In this document: positions 1 to 14,360 of the stretch, one piece after another
Layout of the letters: each line of letters begins with the position of its first letter
How positions within the stretch are numbered: position 1 is the first letter of the stretch
NCBI RefSeq assembly: GCF_009914755.1
Contig: NC_060927.1
DNA: 64,000 bases
Direction: 5' to 3' (one strand)
Source of the DNA: the human T2T-CHM13v2.0 reference genome, Homo sapiens
Made by a program: the position numbers and the translations under genes
The notes under the pieces: model-generated
Told to the model about the DNA's origin: nothing
What the model saw: the letters and a program-made list of their open reading frames with translations, nothing else
Database searches by the model: none

Positions 1-278
1 TTTTTTTAAAGACAAGGTATTGCTCTGTCACCCAGGCTGGAGTGCAGTGATGCCATCACAGCCTCACCGCAGCTTTGAACTGGGCTCAAACCTCCTGAGT
101 AGCTAGGACTATAGATGTGTGCTGCCACACCCAGCTAATTTTCTGATTTATTTTTGTAGAGACGGGGTCTTGCTATGTTTGTTGCCCAGGCTGGTCTTGG
201 ACTCCTGGCCTTAAGCAATCCTCCCACCTCAGCCCCCACAAAGCTCTAGGGTTACAGGTGTGAGCCACAACATCCAGC
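1..278 (-). mobile_element. Alu (old, AluJ-like)
   Basis: ctctgtcacccaggctggagtgcagtg...gttacaggtgtgagccac; diverged. Confidence 0.9.
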
Positions 279-695
279 TTCATTTATTTATTGAAGGATA
301 TATGAGTTGTTTTAAAATGTTGGCTGTTATAAAGCTGCTATAAACAATTATGTGCAGGTTTTTGTGCAGACATAAGTCTTCAGTTCTTTGGGATAAATGC
401 CTAGGAGTACAATTGCCAGATCATGTGGTAGTTTTATTAAGAAACTGAAAAACTTTTCCAGAGTAGCTGTACCATTTTACATTCCCTCCAGCAATGTGTG
501 AATGATCTAGTTTCTCTGCATCCTCACCAGCATTTGATATTGTCACTATTTTTTATTTTAGCCACTCTTTTAAGTGTGTGGTGATAGCTCATTGTGGTTT
601 TAACTTGCGTTGTTTAACATCATTAGCTAATGATGCTAAACATTGTTTCATGTATTTGTCATGTGTATATTCAGTGAAATGTCTACATCTTTTGA

Positions 696-1395
<700 letters not shown>

Positions 1396-1474
1396 TATAT
1401 TCTAGATACTAATCCTTTGTCAGAAAGGAAGTGTGCAGGTATCCTTTCCCAGTCTATGTTTTTTTTTAAAAAAA

Positions 1475-1596
1475 AATGGTTTCAGATCAGTCTGTATCTT
1501 GTCTTTTCATCCTCTTAACAGGTTTTTTCCCAGTCAGTTTTTTTTTTTAATGGTTTCAGATCAGTCTGTATCTTATCTTTTCATCCTCTTAACAGG
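1475..1596. repeat. Tandem duplication, 74-bp period, 48-bp core 47/48 identical
   Basis: aatggtttcagatcagtctgtatctt(g/a)tcttttcatcctcttaacagg at 1475-1522 and 1549-1596. Confidence 0.95.
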
Positions 1597-4500
1597 GTTC
1601 TTCACAGAACAAAAGTTTTTAATTTTGATAAAGTTCAGTTTATCAATTTTTCCTTTTATGGGTCATGCTTGTGGTGGTCAAGTCTAAGAGCTCTTTGCCT
1701 AGCCTAAGTTTCTCTACTATGTTTTTTCTAGACCTTTTATTATAGTTTTATATTTTACGTTTGTGATCCATTTTGAGTTAATTTTTGTATGAGATGTGAG
1801 ACTTAGATAGCTTCAACCAAGGTTCCTTTGTCTATATTGCTCCAGCACCATCCATGGCAAAGGCGATTTTTTTTCCTCCATTAAATTGCTTTTGCACCTT
1901 TGTAAAAAATCAGCTGGACATACTTGTGTGAGATTATTTCTGGGTTCTGTATTTTGTTGCATTGATTTCTTTTTGTCTATCCTTCCACCACTACCACATA
2001 GTCTCGATTACTGTAGCCGTATAATAAGTCATAAATTTTCTTAGTAGTTTTATAGAACTATTCAAATTATGTTTCATGTTGAGTGAATTTATGGTAGTTT
2101 GTGTTTTTTGAGGAAATGGTCCATGTTATCTAAGTTACCAAATTTATGTGTTTAGAGTTGGTTGTAGTATTCTCTTACTGGCCTTTTGATGTCTGCAGGG
2201 TCTGTAGTGGTATCTCCTGTTTCATTCCTGATAATGGTAATTTGCATGTTCTCTCTTTTTCTTTGTCAGTCTTACTTGTTAATTTTATTGATCTTTTCAA
2301 GAACCAGATCTTTGTTTTATTGTTTTTTCCTACTGTTTTTATGGCTTCAATTTTATTGATTTCTGCTTTTATCTTTACTATTTTCTTCCATATGCCTGCT
2401 TTGCATTTATTTTGTTCTTTTTCTAGGTTCTTGAAGTAGGAGCTTACATGATTGGTTGAGAATTTTCTTTTTTATAATGTATGCACTAACTCCTAAAGAT
2501 TTCCGTCTTAGCACTTCTTTAGCTGTATTCCATAAATTTTGATATGTTTTATTTTCATTTTCTCTTATTTCAATTTTTAAAATTTCCTTAAGACTTCCTC
2601 TTTGACCTATGGATTATTTAGAATTGCATCGTTTCACTTCTAAATGTTTGAAGATTTTCTTGTTATCTTTCCCTTACTGATTTCCAGTTTGATTCCATTG
2701 TGATTAGAGAACACACATTGTGTGATTACACTTCTTTTAAATTTGTTGAGGTTTCTTTTATGGCCCCAAAATATGGTCTGTCTTGTTATATGTTCCATAG
2801 CCACTTGAACAGAATGTGTATTCTGCTGTTATTGGGTGAGTGTGTTCTGTAAATGTTTAGATCATGTTGCTTGGTATTGTCAAGTTCTGTATTCTTGCTG
2901 ATTTTCTGTCTAGTGTTATACCAGTTGGCTAGAGAAGAGTATTGGATTATAGATTTTTCCATTTTGTACTTCAGTTCTATTGCTTCATATATTTTGTAGC
3001 TATGTTGTTTGGTTCATACACATTTAGGATTGCTGTGTCTTCTTGTTGGGTGAGCCCATTTATCATTATATATGTTCCTCTCTGTCCCTGGTTATTTTCT
3101 TTGCTTTGAAATATTTTGATATTTATCTGGTATCAATATAGCCACTTTTGCTTTCTTTTGATTACTGTTTATGTGATAAATCCTTTTCCATCCTTTACTT
3201 TGAACTTTCCTATGTTATTTAAAGTGAGTTTCTGACAGACAGCATGGGGTTGATTCATGTTTTTTAATATCCTGCCAATCTCTGTCTTTTCATTGCTGTA
3301 CGTAAGTCATTTATAGTTAATGTAATTATGGATATGTTAGGACTTTTTTTTTTCTTTTTTCTTTTTTTTCTTTATCTTCCTGTGGGTTACTTTAACATTT
3401 TAAAAGATTTCCATTTCAGTTTATCTGTAGTATTTTTTAGTGTATCTATTTGTATAGCTTTTTAAATGATTGCTGTAGGCATCACGTAATACATACTTAA
3501 CTCTTCATGGTCTTCTCGTGTCAATATTTTACTAGTTCAAGACACCTTATCTCCCTAGATGTGTTTTTGCCCTCCCCTATTTATAATTGGCTCAGATATT
3601 TCCTCCACATATATTTAGAACCACATCAGCCAGTGTTATAATGATTTTTTTTTAACCATCAAACATAATTTAGAAAACTCAAGAGGAAAAGGAAAGCCTA
3701 TTGTATTTACCCATATTTTTGCATACCATGTCCTTTTTTCTTTCCCAATGTTTCAAGATTCCTTCTTTTTAATTGTTTTCTTTCTATTTAGAGAGCTTCC
3801 TCTAACCATTCTTTTATGGTAGATCTGCTAGCAGCAAATTATCTTAATCTTTCATCTGATAAATGTTTTTATTTTCCTTTTATTCCTAAAGGATATTTTT
3901 GTTGAATACAGAATTCTGGATTTGGCAGTATTTTTTTCTTTCAGCACTTGAGAAATGTTCTAGTTTTTTTCTGGCCTCTGTGGTTTCTGATGAGAATCCC
4001 ACTGTCTTGTTACCGATGAGAAATGAATTATCTTGTTACTGTCAAGTGAAAGTGGGTGTCCAGAGTCCCACGTGTTCTCCACTGATATCACAATAAGAGG
4101 GTAGAGGAGGGATTCATTGCCATCTAGTGGGAATGAAAGTCCTGGCTTCTACTTGCCTTTTCTGAAGCCATGCTGAAGGGTTAAAACATCTGCTTATAAT
4201 GTTCTAGGCTCTCAACATTTGATGGTGTGGGTATGGGTGGGTCACAGGGGTTTTTTGTGTGATGTTTGGCTAGAGGATAATAGTTACTGTTTAAAAGTTT
4301 TCTGTCTTGCTAAGGTGCCTCTTTCCTGGTCTTTTACCAGAGAGAGCAAGATGTTATTGAGGGTCTTTTTTGTTGTTTGTTTTGATATGCATGCCTTGGC
4401 ATTTCTAGTTGCCAGCTTCTTCAGCTCCAAGTCTGGGATATATGAAGCAAAAAAGAAAACTCAGAGAACCTACCACTGTGGCATTCTTGGATCTCAAGAT

Positions 4501-5248
4501 TCTTTATTTGTCTGCTTTTCCTCCACAGTTCAGAGTCTTCTTATGCTTGTTTTACATATAATGTCCAGTGTTTTTATTTGTACTTAGTGGGAGAAATAGG
4601 GAAAAGTGTGTCTACTCCATCTTCCCAGAAACAGAAGTCCCTGAGCCGTTGTTTTTAAAGTAAGTTACAGACATCATGATATTTTTTACCTTAAAATACT
4701 TCATGATGTATCTTCTAAGAATACAGACATCTGTCTACATAGCCAGGACTTCATATCACATCTAAGAATTTAACATTGATACAATATTATCTAATATATG
4801 ATTCCTATTCAGATTATTTCTGTTGTCTCCAAAATGTTTTCTGTGGCTATATTTCTCCTGATCCAGGATTATGCATTTCATTTGATTGTCGTGTACCTTT
4901 TGATCTATGATACAGTCTCCCAGCCTTTTTGTTGTTGTTCTATTTTAGTTTGGTTTTATCTTTCTTAACATTGACTTTTTTAAGAGTTCAGGCAAGTACC
5001 ACAATCTGGATTAGTCTGTTACTCGTGATTATATTAAGGTTAAATATTCTGGCAACAGTGCTGTATAGTATAATATGCTGAATATCTCTCATTGCTTCAG
5101 TCAGGAAATGTGATAAGTTTGATCATTTGGTTAAGATGGTGTCTACCAGATCCCCATTGCAAAGATATCTTTTTCTTCTTTGTAATTAATAAGTAATATG
5201 TGGGGTAGAGACCTATTATTTTAAAAGCCTTGGAAAACCTTGAATTAA

Positions 5249-5253
<5 letters not shown>

Positions 5254-5306
<53 letters not shown>
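5254..5306. repeat. (TG)20(TA)n microsatellite
   Basis: Read directly. Confidence 0.98.
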
Positions 5307-5329
5307 TACTGGAAATGCTAGCTCATTTT

Positions 5330-6320
<991 letters not shown>

Positions 6321-6614
6321 AAGCTATTTTTTTCTATTTTTTCAGTCTTATATGATGAAAATCACTGATAAATACTTCCAATTCATTTTGCTTGGATAGC
6401 AGTCTTCTTTTTAAGTAAACAGTCCAAATTTGCATAAGAACTAAACATATTTAACAGAACATTTCCACATTCTTTCTGCATTATAACAGACACTGGTGTG
6501 TCCTTCCCATTCTGAAGCCTGGACACAGTTTCTCAGAGAGACCTGGGCCTCTCTCTTAGACTTTGTGGTTCCTATACTTACCAGGTTGTGAATTTTAGAC
6601 ATCTTCTAGAAAAC

Positions 6615-7100
6615 AGTTTATTCACTCAACACATTGAGCACTTACTATGTCCCAGGCACTGTTCTGGGCACTGGAGATAAATGAGTAAATAACAGTAAAA
6701 AATCTCACCCCTCATGAAACAGATTCTGTTGAAAGCCTATGGATGACAAACAAAATAAGCACATTTCTCAAGTATGTTTATAGTATGTTGTGGAGAAAAA
6801 TAAAGCAGTAAAGGGTGAATGCCAGGATGGGCAGGAGCGGTGAGAGGGGGAGTACTTTCTTGACCGTTTCATCTAAAATAGCACCCACTATCATTCTTAC
6901 TCCCTATCCCTTTTTCCTGCTTTCTCTTTTTCAAGACATAACTGTTTGATATTATATATTTAAAATACATTTATAATTCTTCCCCATTAAAATTTAATAT
7001 TTATATGAACAAGGGCTTTGTTTTACTTACAACTGAAGAACAATGCCTGACTTGTAGCAGGCCCTGAGTAAATATTTGTTGAATGAATTCTCCCTCAAAT
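6615..7100. mobile_element. L2 fragments
   Basis: ttattcactcaacacattgagcacttactatgtcccaggcactgttctgggcactggagata; aaatatttgttgaatgaat. Confidence 0.7.
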
Positions 7101-7604
7101 GTTCAGTCAGATGCTGTACCTAGCATAGTTCCTTGTACTCAGTGGGCGACTAGTAAAATGTTGTGGATTTTGTTAATACTCAGACTCAGGTTATATTAAG
7201 AGTCCATTTTGTAGAATAGCTTGTATGTGCTTTTTTGTATTTTCCTGGGTGAGAATGGAACACCCGCAGACCCTGGGAATGCTTCTTAGTTGCCTGTCAC
7301 CATGGGGAATTTGCTCAGCCTGTTTGCAAGGAAGTCATTCCATTGTACTTCCATTTAAAATATGATACAAAATGCTTTTCTTCTGAAAAATGAAAAACTT
7401 AAGAGGAAAATCTATTTCCCTTTCAAACTGTGAAACTTTCATAGCTGAATGTCTTAGATATATGCTACATTATCTTATCCCTAGATAAAAAATAACCTTA
7501 TCCATTCTTATATTTTACTCTCTGACCTGTTACAATTTTATATTAGAAACATCTGTTTCTTTTCCTGTAACCCTAATCATCTTTCATTTTTATATTTTGA
7601 ACAG

Positions 7605-7805
7605 TGTTATTTACTTGTCTACTACACCGGCTGGCGGAATGTCAAATCTTTTTTGACTTTTGGCTTAATCTGTCTATGCAACATGTATCTCTATGAACTG
7701 CGCAACCTCTGGCAGCTTTTCTTTCATGTGACTGTGGGAGCATTTGTTACACTACAGATCTGGCTAAGGCAAGCCCAGGGCAAGGCTCCCGATTATGATG
7801 TCTGA
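7605..7805 (+). CDS. SEC22A: SEC22A last coding exon (C-terminal transmembrane region of SEC22 homolog A)
   Basis: Acceptor ...ttcatttttatattttgaacag|TGT, with branch-like ccctaat at ~7571. Translates to [69 protein letters not shown] at 7803-7805. Recognised as the SEC22A C-terminus. It is absent from the ORF track (internal-start exon). Confidence 0.93.
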   Translation, partial: CYLLVYYTGWRNVKSFLTFGLICLCNMYLYELRNLWQLFFHVTVGAFVTLQIWLRQAQGKAPDYDV

Positions 7806-10220
7806 CACCATCCTTCAGATCTATTGCCTTGGCTTCAGGGGGATAAGGAGGGAACATATCATAACTGCACTGTGATGAAGAAGCTGTTCCCCACAGAGGA
7901 GAAGCTCTGCTTTCTTTCTCTCCAACTTTCCTTTTTTAAAATCAGCATGATGTGCCTGTGAGCATGGAAGAGTCCTCTCAGAAGAATGTTGGCCATGAGA
8001 CTATCATTCAGAGGAGGAGGGGATTTCTCTCTTCAAGGCCATAACAGTGGAAGAACAGTCATATGCCATTGGAAGTCTTGGCCAGCAGTCCTGAATCCTT
8101 CCTGAAGAGTTCAGAAAATAGATGTGGTATTGCTCTGAGGACCAGGCAGGAGGAACTCTACAACCTGAGTTTGCCTTTGTGAGGCATTAGTATAGACCAA
8201 ATAAAAAGCTGCAGAAATTGGAAAGTTTATGTTTTAAATAAATGACTGTGATAAATATCAGATTATTTGCACACTTATGGTACTACGAGTTTATAAAGTC
8301 CAAGATGGTGTGAAATTGGTTCTTTTTACTTTTATATTTTTGCTTGAATCTTAACTCTGGAAATCACCTGATGTAGAAGAAGACTGTGATGAGCTCGTCT
8401 GTGGAACATCACAAGTATCGAAAATACAGTAATGGATGTTTCCTTTCTAATCCACATTTATTGTTTCTTTTGAAATCACGTCTAAAAAATATGACTCAGA
8501 CTATAGCCGTTGTTTCCCAAACTTCAGTCTCTTTAGTACTACTTGTATTATTTTCTTAATATTTATCTTTTAAATTTTAAAGTTTTTTTAAAAAAATGAA
8601 TCCTGCTCCAAGTGGAAAACCAGTATCAGTTTGCCATAAATAAAAGGTAACCACAAAATAAGTAAGATGAACACAAAAAATGTTGTTCAGTTCTAGCTAG
8701 AAACTAATGCCTAGAAAGGCTCCGAATCTTAGGCTCTTTCTTTGTGGCAGTGAGGGAGATGTTACCAGCACCAGCATGAGGCACTGTCTCTGGAATAGTC
8801 AGAGGATAAAAGGAAACTGTAAAGGGAATGACATTCTCACTGTGATTCAGCATTATTCTATGTTGTGCATCACTTAAAGACATGTTGTGTGCCACCAGTG
8901 GCATGGGTCCGCACTATGGAAATGCTTGACTGTAGTAAGAATCAGAAGGTGGCTTTCCTAGCAACTCATTATTTTATGGCTTTGAGGAATTAAGCCCCTA
9001 GTATCTGAGAGAACTTACTTGTTTTTTGATAACGTTTTAAAGATTGTTTAAGCAGTTATGAATTAATAATATAGGAAGCACAGTTGGATTCCACTAGCAA
9101 AATCTATAACTCTCATGGTTTTGGAAGTCATCTTCATGGGTGATTTTCCTTTGTTTTTTAAAGAAAATATTTCAAACAAGGAATTCATAGGATACTGAAA
9201 TTTGATATCATCCAGAAAAACAGATCCCATTACATTGTAATTGTTGTTACTAGGCATATTTATTAAGTAGAGAAATAGAGGGTAAAAAGTTAGTGAACTG
9301 TCTTGTTTGCGTGAACCAGTATTTGTGGATATGTCTAGAACTGTAAAATCTTGCTTAACTAGAACCTTAGTCTGCACCCTCCTTTTAGGAGAATGAGGTA
9401 AAAGGAAGACAATAAGCTTATGATATCAGGGATTCATGTAAAACAGGAAATAGTAGTTGGCTCCAGTCTTCTCCTCTAACAAAAGTATGCATATTCTGAG
9501 AGATACCCCAAGGCATCACAAGATCCTGAATCATCAAAACACCATTGAATTGTGTTGGGCATTTTGTAGCCAGGAAAGTGAAGTGGTTCAATTTAGAAAG
9601 GGTTTCAGGCCAGGCACGGTGACTCAGGCCTGTAATCCCAGCACTTTGGGAGGCCGAGACAGGCAGATCACTTGAGACCAGTAGTTTGAGAATCAGCCTG
9701 GCCAACGTGGTGAAACCTCATCTCTACTAAAAATACAAAATTTAGCTGGGTGTGGTTGCGCGTGCCTTTAGTCCCAGCTACTCGGGAGGCTGAGGCAGGA
9801 GAATCGCTTGAACCCAGGAGGTGGAAGTTGGCAGTGAGCCAAGATCACGCCACTGTACTCCAGCCTGGCCAACAGAGCGAGACTCTGTCTCAAAAAAGAA
9901 AGGTTTTCTAAACTAATGGTTAAAACAGAATTTTCTTGTAAATAGGGAAGTTGGAGCATTCTGGTTAATTGAGATTTTGCTCTGTATTGACACAGCTCGC
10001 ACCAGTTTGGTTCAGGAGCTACCTCCTTGTCATTGAATTGACGAGTTACAATGTTTGGTATTCGGATACATTCAGCAAGAACACTTGAAAACTCCTCACC
10101 AACTATTTTTAAAGGCTTACTTTGTTTTTGTTTTTATTTTTTCACTGGCTATTTTGGATAAGAGGATGTTTACATCTTAATGTAAAAAAATGAAAACAGG
10201 TATAAATGTTTTATGTATAG
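7806..10220 (+). other. SEC22A: SEC22A 3' UTR (distal end approximate)
   Basis: AT-rich sequence after the stop. AATAAA at 8200, 8237 and 8639; variant AATGAA/TATAAA at ~10189-10206 followed by a T/GT-rich tract. Confidence 0.6.
9608..9900 (+). mobile_element. Alu (AluS-like) in the SEC22A 3' UTR region
   Basis: Full dimer; target duplication agaaagg(g/t)tttc. Confidence 0.95.
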
Positions 10221-10339
10221 AAATGTTTTCTTTCATTATTTGGTGCCTGTATCTCCGTGTTTATATCATTTCCCCACCTGTATCATTGCTGCCAAAAAAA
10301 GAACTTTGAATTTAGAAAAAGAAATTGGTGTAAAGTCCT

Positions 10340-10733
<394 letters not shown>

Positions 10734-13479
10734 TCATAGTTTTGTAGCATAGGAGCAGTAGTAGCTGCCCTCACTCTAAGGGGGAGGACACAGAGGTGAT
10801 CAGATGGTAATGACTTAGCCAGTTCACATAGCTAAGCACACACAACCCTGATCTAGTGCAGGGCTCTTCGCACTAGCATGGAACTAGTGAAGGTGACCAG
10901 TGTTATATTCAGGGAATATGACTGTTCTTGGTAAAGCCAAGGAGTTGAGGGGTTCTGAAATTGGTGAGTCCAGGCCTGCTGCTGGAGTATTTTATCCTAA
11001 TAGGTGTATTTTATTTTAATTTAGATAATTCCTAAATACTGCTTTTTGATTAAGGTGTACCATGAGAGCGAAGATACCCTCTTTTATATACTAAGATAAT
11101 TGCAATATTTGCTTGCTTTTTTCAGTCTGTATTTGAAATATATTTACATTAATACCTGGCCTCTTTCCCAAAAGCACTTGAAGCAGCATACCAAGAAAAG
11201 ACATATACAGCCATGTTAATGAAATATGAACAGAAAGGGAAGAAAAACAAATGAAAATTGAAGGGAGGGTTTACATACATTATTGTATGTAAAATTTGAC
11301 TCTGGAACTTTCTGGAAATCAAGGCTAAGGGTAGGGAAAGAAGTTATGCACTGCCCTATCAGTAGGTGAAAAGCATACCAGTTCCTTAGGGGAGAGCCTT
11401 TCCTGATGCCTTCTAGTAAAGGTGTTCTCACTGGGGGTCCTGTGAAGTGCTAAAATGAACAGAATTCTCGATTTTCACACATTTACATGTTATGATTGTG
11501 CCTTGGATCCTTACCTTGTACCAGCTTTCAAAGGCTTCCATTTCAGGATTTGGGGGGATTTGTGTAGGTGTGGTTAATAAAGGATTTTGTTTTCATAGGT
11601 AAGAATCCTAAGCTGAAAACAAGTATTAAGCTTGAAAATCATTTGAGACAAATGCCTTAAGACACGGAGAACCTTTACCCAATTCTGTAATTTATAAGAT
11701 TGAAAGTGAGTGTGCTATCCTTGGATTGGCACATTTATATTGCAGTAAATGTCTCCACAGTGGAATCTAGTGTGGAGAGATGGACAGCTCCATTTCTGTT
11801 AGGCCACGTGTGGAACCCCATTAGACTCCTACTTCATCAGGGCTCCACAGAGACCAGAAGTTTGTCATAAAGGACCTAACCTCCGTGGCTTCTGAGGTCA
11901 GCTGCTCCCCTAAAAGGCAATTGCTTGGCCTTCATTTCAAAAGGTTTACTAAGTGACCTAAGGTCATACTCTGAGCTGTTGGGTTTCCAAGGAACTCAAC
12001 AAAGGTTGTGTGTGTGTGTACACCTTCCTTGTTACTATTTTAACAGACTTTTGGCTCACTGTAAGAGTTAGAACTTCTGTGGAGTGTGTGGTAAAAGAAC
12101 ACATACGTTCAAGAGCAGCCACCACTCAAAACCTCATTGAACACTTAGCCTTAACCACAAGTTATAGGTCACTCTTTAGGGCCACATTCTTTGTCTGTGT
12201 TCAATGCTTTATAGTATTTTTCTGCCTTATCTCTAAGGAACCAAAGTCTTTCTCCCTAAAAATGCTGTGGTAAAGTAAGGTCTGATTTTAGGGTTAAATT
12301 GGCTTTAGTAATAACCTCGCTAAAAGTTAACAAAAGAAACCCAGCTCCAAGGGTTGTGACTGAGTTTGTGTAAAAGGGCTGAGTGAGCCGAGAATGTCAC
12401 TCTGAGCATTACCGGTAAGGTTGGAGGTGTGTGATCATTAATGTTCTGGGGCTGCTGTTGAATGCTGGCAGATTGCGGCCTCCTGTTTAAGCATCGAGTT
12501 TTTCAAAGAGAAAAACTGGCTGCCACTCTTGTCTCTTTCTTGAGTGGCTGAGTTTTCTAGGTTATTTAGTAGATGAAATCAAAAGAAACGTGGAAACACT
12601 GTGTGGTTGGAAGCCACGTGGCGCATATGCTCCTGCTTGTTAACAGTGAGTGGTGTTGATGCGTGGGCATTCAGGTTTCTTCTGCGTTGGCAATGCTGAT
12701 GTGTAATCAGTCGTCTCAGCACAATTGGGGGTTTTAGGAAACTCAGAGATCAGCCTTAGTTCTCAGAGTTTTTGAAATCAATATCCTAGCCTTATGAATT
12801 GTTCCTTGTGTTTCCTTGGCAACAAACAGTATTTTCAGCCCAAACCCACCCACGGTTTACATTCACCCCTTTCTCCTGCATCTCACAGCACAGCCATACA
12901 AGCATCACCCAACAGAAAGCACATTCAGGCACCATCTGACAACGGGAAGCAGGACTCAGGCATTCCACTCCCCATTTGTTCCTGGTGTCCCCTCCCCAGC
13001 TCTGCCTTGCTTGCTTACCTTCTTTGTGCCAGCACTTTTCTTTGAGGTTGGGTTGCAAAGGACCTTGCCTAAAGATGAACAAAGTATTTCATTCTTGCAC
13101 TTTGAATCTCTCCAGTGCCTAGGACTAATGAGGAGAATGCTTGTTAGCTCATTTTGTGGGCCAGTGCTGGGTTCTCCTTAGTTCATCCTTATGGCAGCAT
13201 GAGGTGGAGCGGGCACGATCTCATTTGCATTTGAGGAAACCAAGACTCAGGCCAGGAACTTGTCTTCGTATGGTATGACACTTGGTGGTGGATGTGAAGT
13301 TCAAATTTGGAGTTGGGTTTAAGTCGCTTGAAAGTTGGTGCTCATTTTTCTGTGCCACAGTGCATCTCAGAAAGACACTTCTTAGGGAATGTGTGTGTGA
13401 CTGACGACAGCTGGGTTCTTACTGTTTTAGCAGCAGTGTGAACAGATGAAGCAGACAGGAAGGGGGAAATGGCAATGTA

Positions 13480-13670
13480 TACTGTGTGACAGGCACTATG
13501 CTAAGCATCTCATCTTTACCGAAAGCATTTATGAAGGTTTTCTCTTTTAAAAATGAGCCACCTGGGCCATGAAGAAGTTAAGTGACTTGACCACAATCAC
13601 AACCTAACCCATGTGGTAGCATCAGGATTTCAGTCCAGATCTGACTCAGAACTCATGCTCTTAACCACCA
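13480..13670 (-). mobile_element. MIR
   Basis: caggcactatgctaagc...gaagttaagtgacttgaccaca...tctgactcagaactcatgctcttaaccac. Confidence 0.7.
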
Positions 13671-14149
13671 TGTGATTTTAAGCTGGATAACATGGAAATA
13701 CGTTTAAATATATAAGGAATATATGTAAAGGTAATATACATTACTTTTAAATAAGACATCAGGTCAGTGCTAACTCCTACAGTATAGATGTCCCAGGTTG
13801 AATAAAATAGTTTCCTAAAATCTCTACATTTATAACAATGACATAGGACAGACAGGTGGCTGCAAGATGTATGGTGAAGCTTATGTATACCTTAGCTATT
13901 AGGGCAAGAAGTATACATTTTAGTACTTGTACTAAAACTAACATATAAATTAATCTTGATGTGGAAAATAAAAGCATTATTGGTGATTTGGGTGTTACAA
14001 ACATTTGCTTTTCCTAGCAAAATGCCAGAATAGGTTGATTCTTTGACTTGATGTCATTTAATGGGAATTCTGTTAGGTGATTAGGGAATTTGTGATCCCT
14101 CTGAAAACATTAACCAAAAAATAGAAGGGAACTTTTCACAGTGTAAAAT

Positions 14150-14360
14150 AGTGTTTAAGAGTTTGGAGCCAGAATCATCCCTGGCTCTCTCTTCTACTAG
14201 CATGGTGACCTCAGCAAATTACTTAATCCTTCTGCCTCAGTTTCCTCAGATGTAAAGTGGGGATAATAATCGTACCTTTGGCAAAGCAGTGTTGTGATGA
14301 TTGAGTGCGTAAATGTAAAGCACTTAGAGACTGGCACATCAAGTGCTAGGAGAGCGTTTG
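14150..14360 (+). mobile_element. MIR
   Basis: ttacttaatccttctgcctcagtttcctcagatgtaaagtggggataataat core. Confidence 0.8.

Noticed and set aside
11752-11778. Small hairpin tctccaca...tgtggaga as an ncRNA or miRNA
   Set aside because: An 8-bp stem only; expected by chance in 64 kb.
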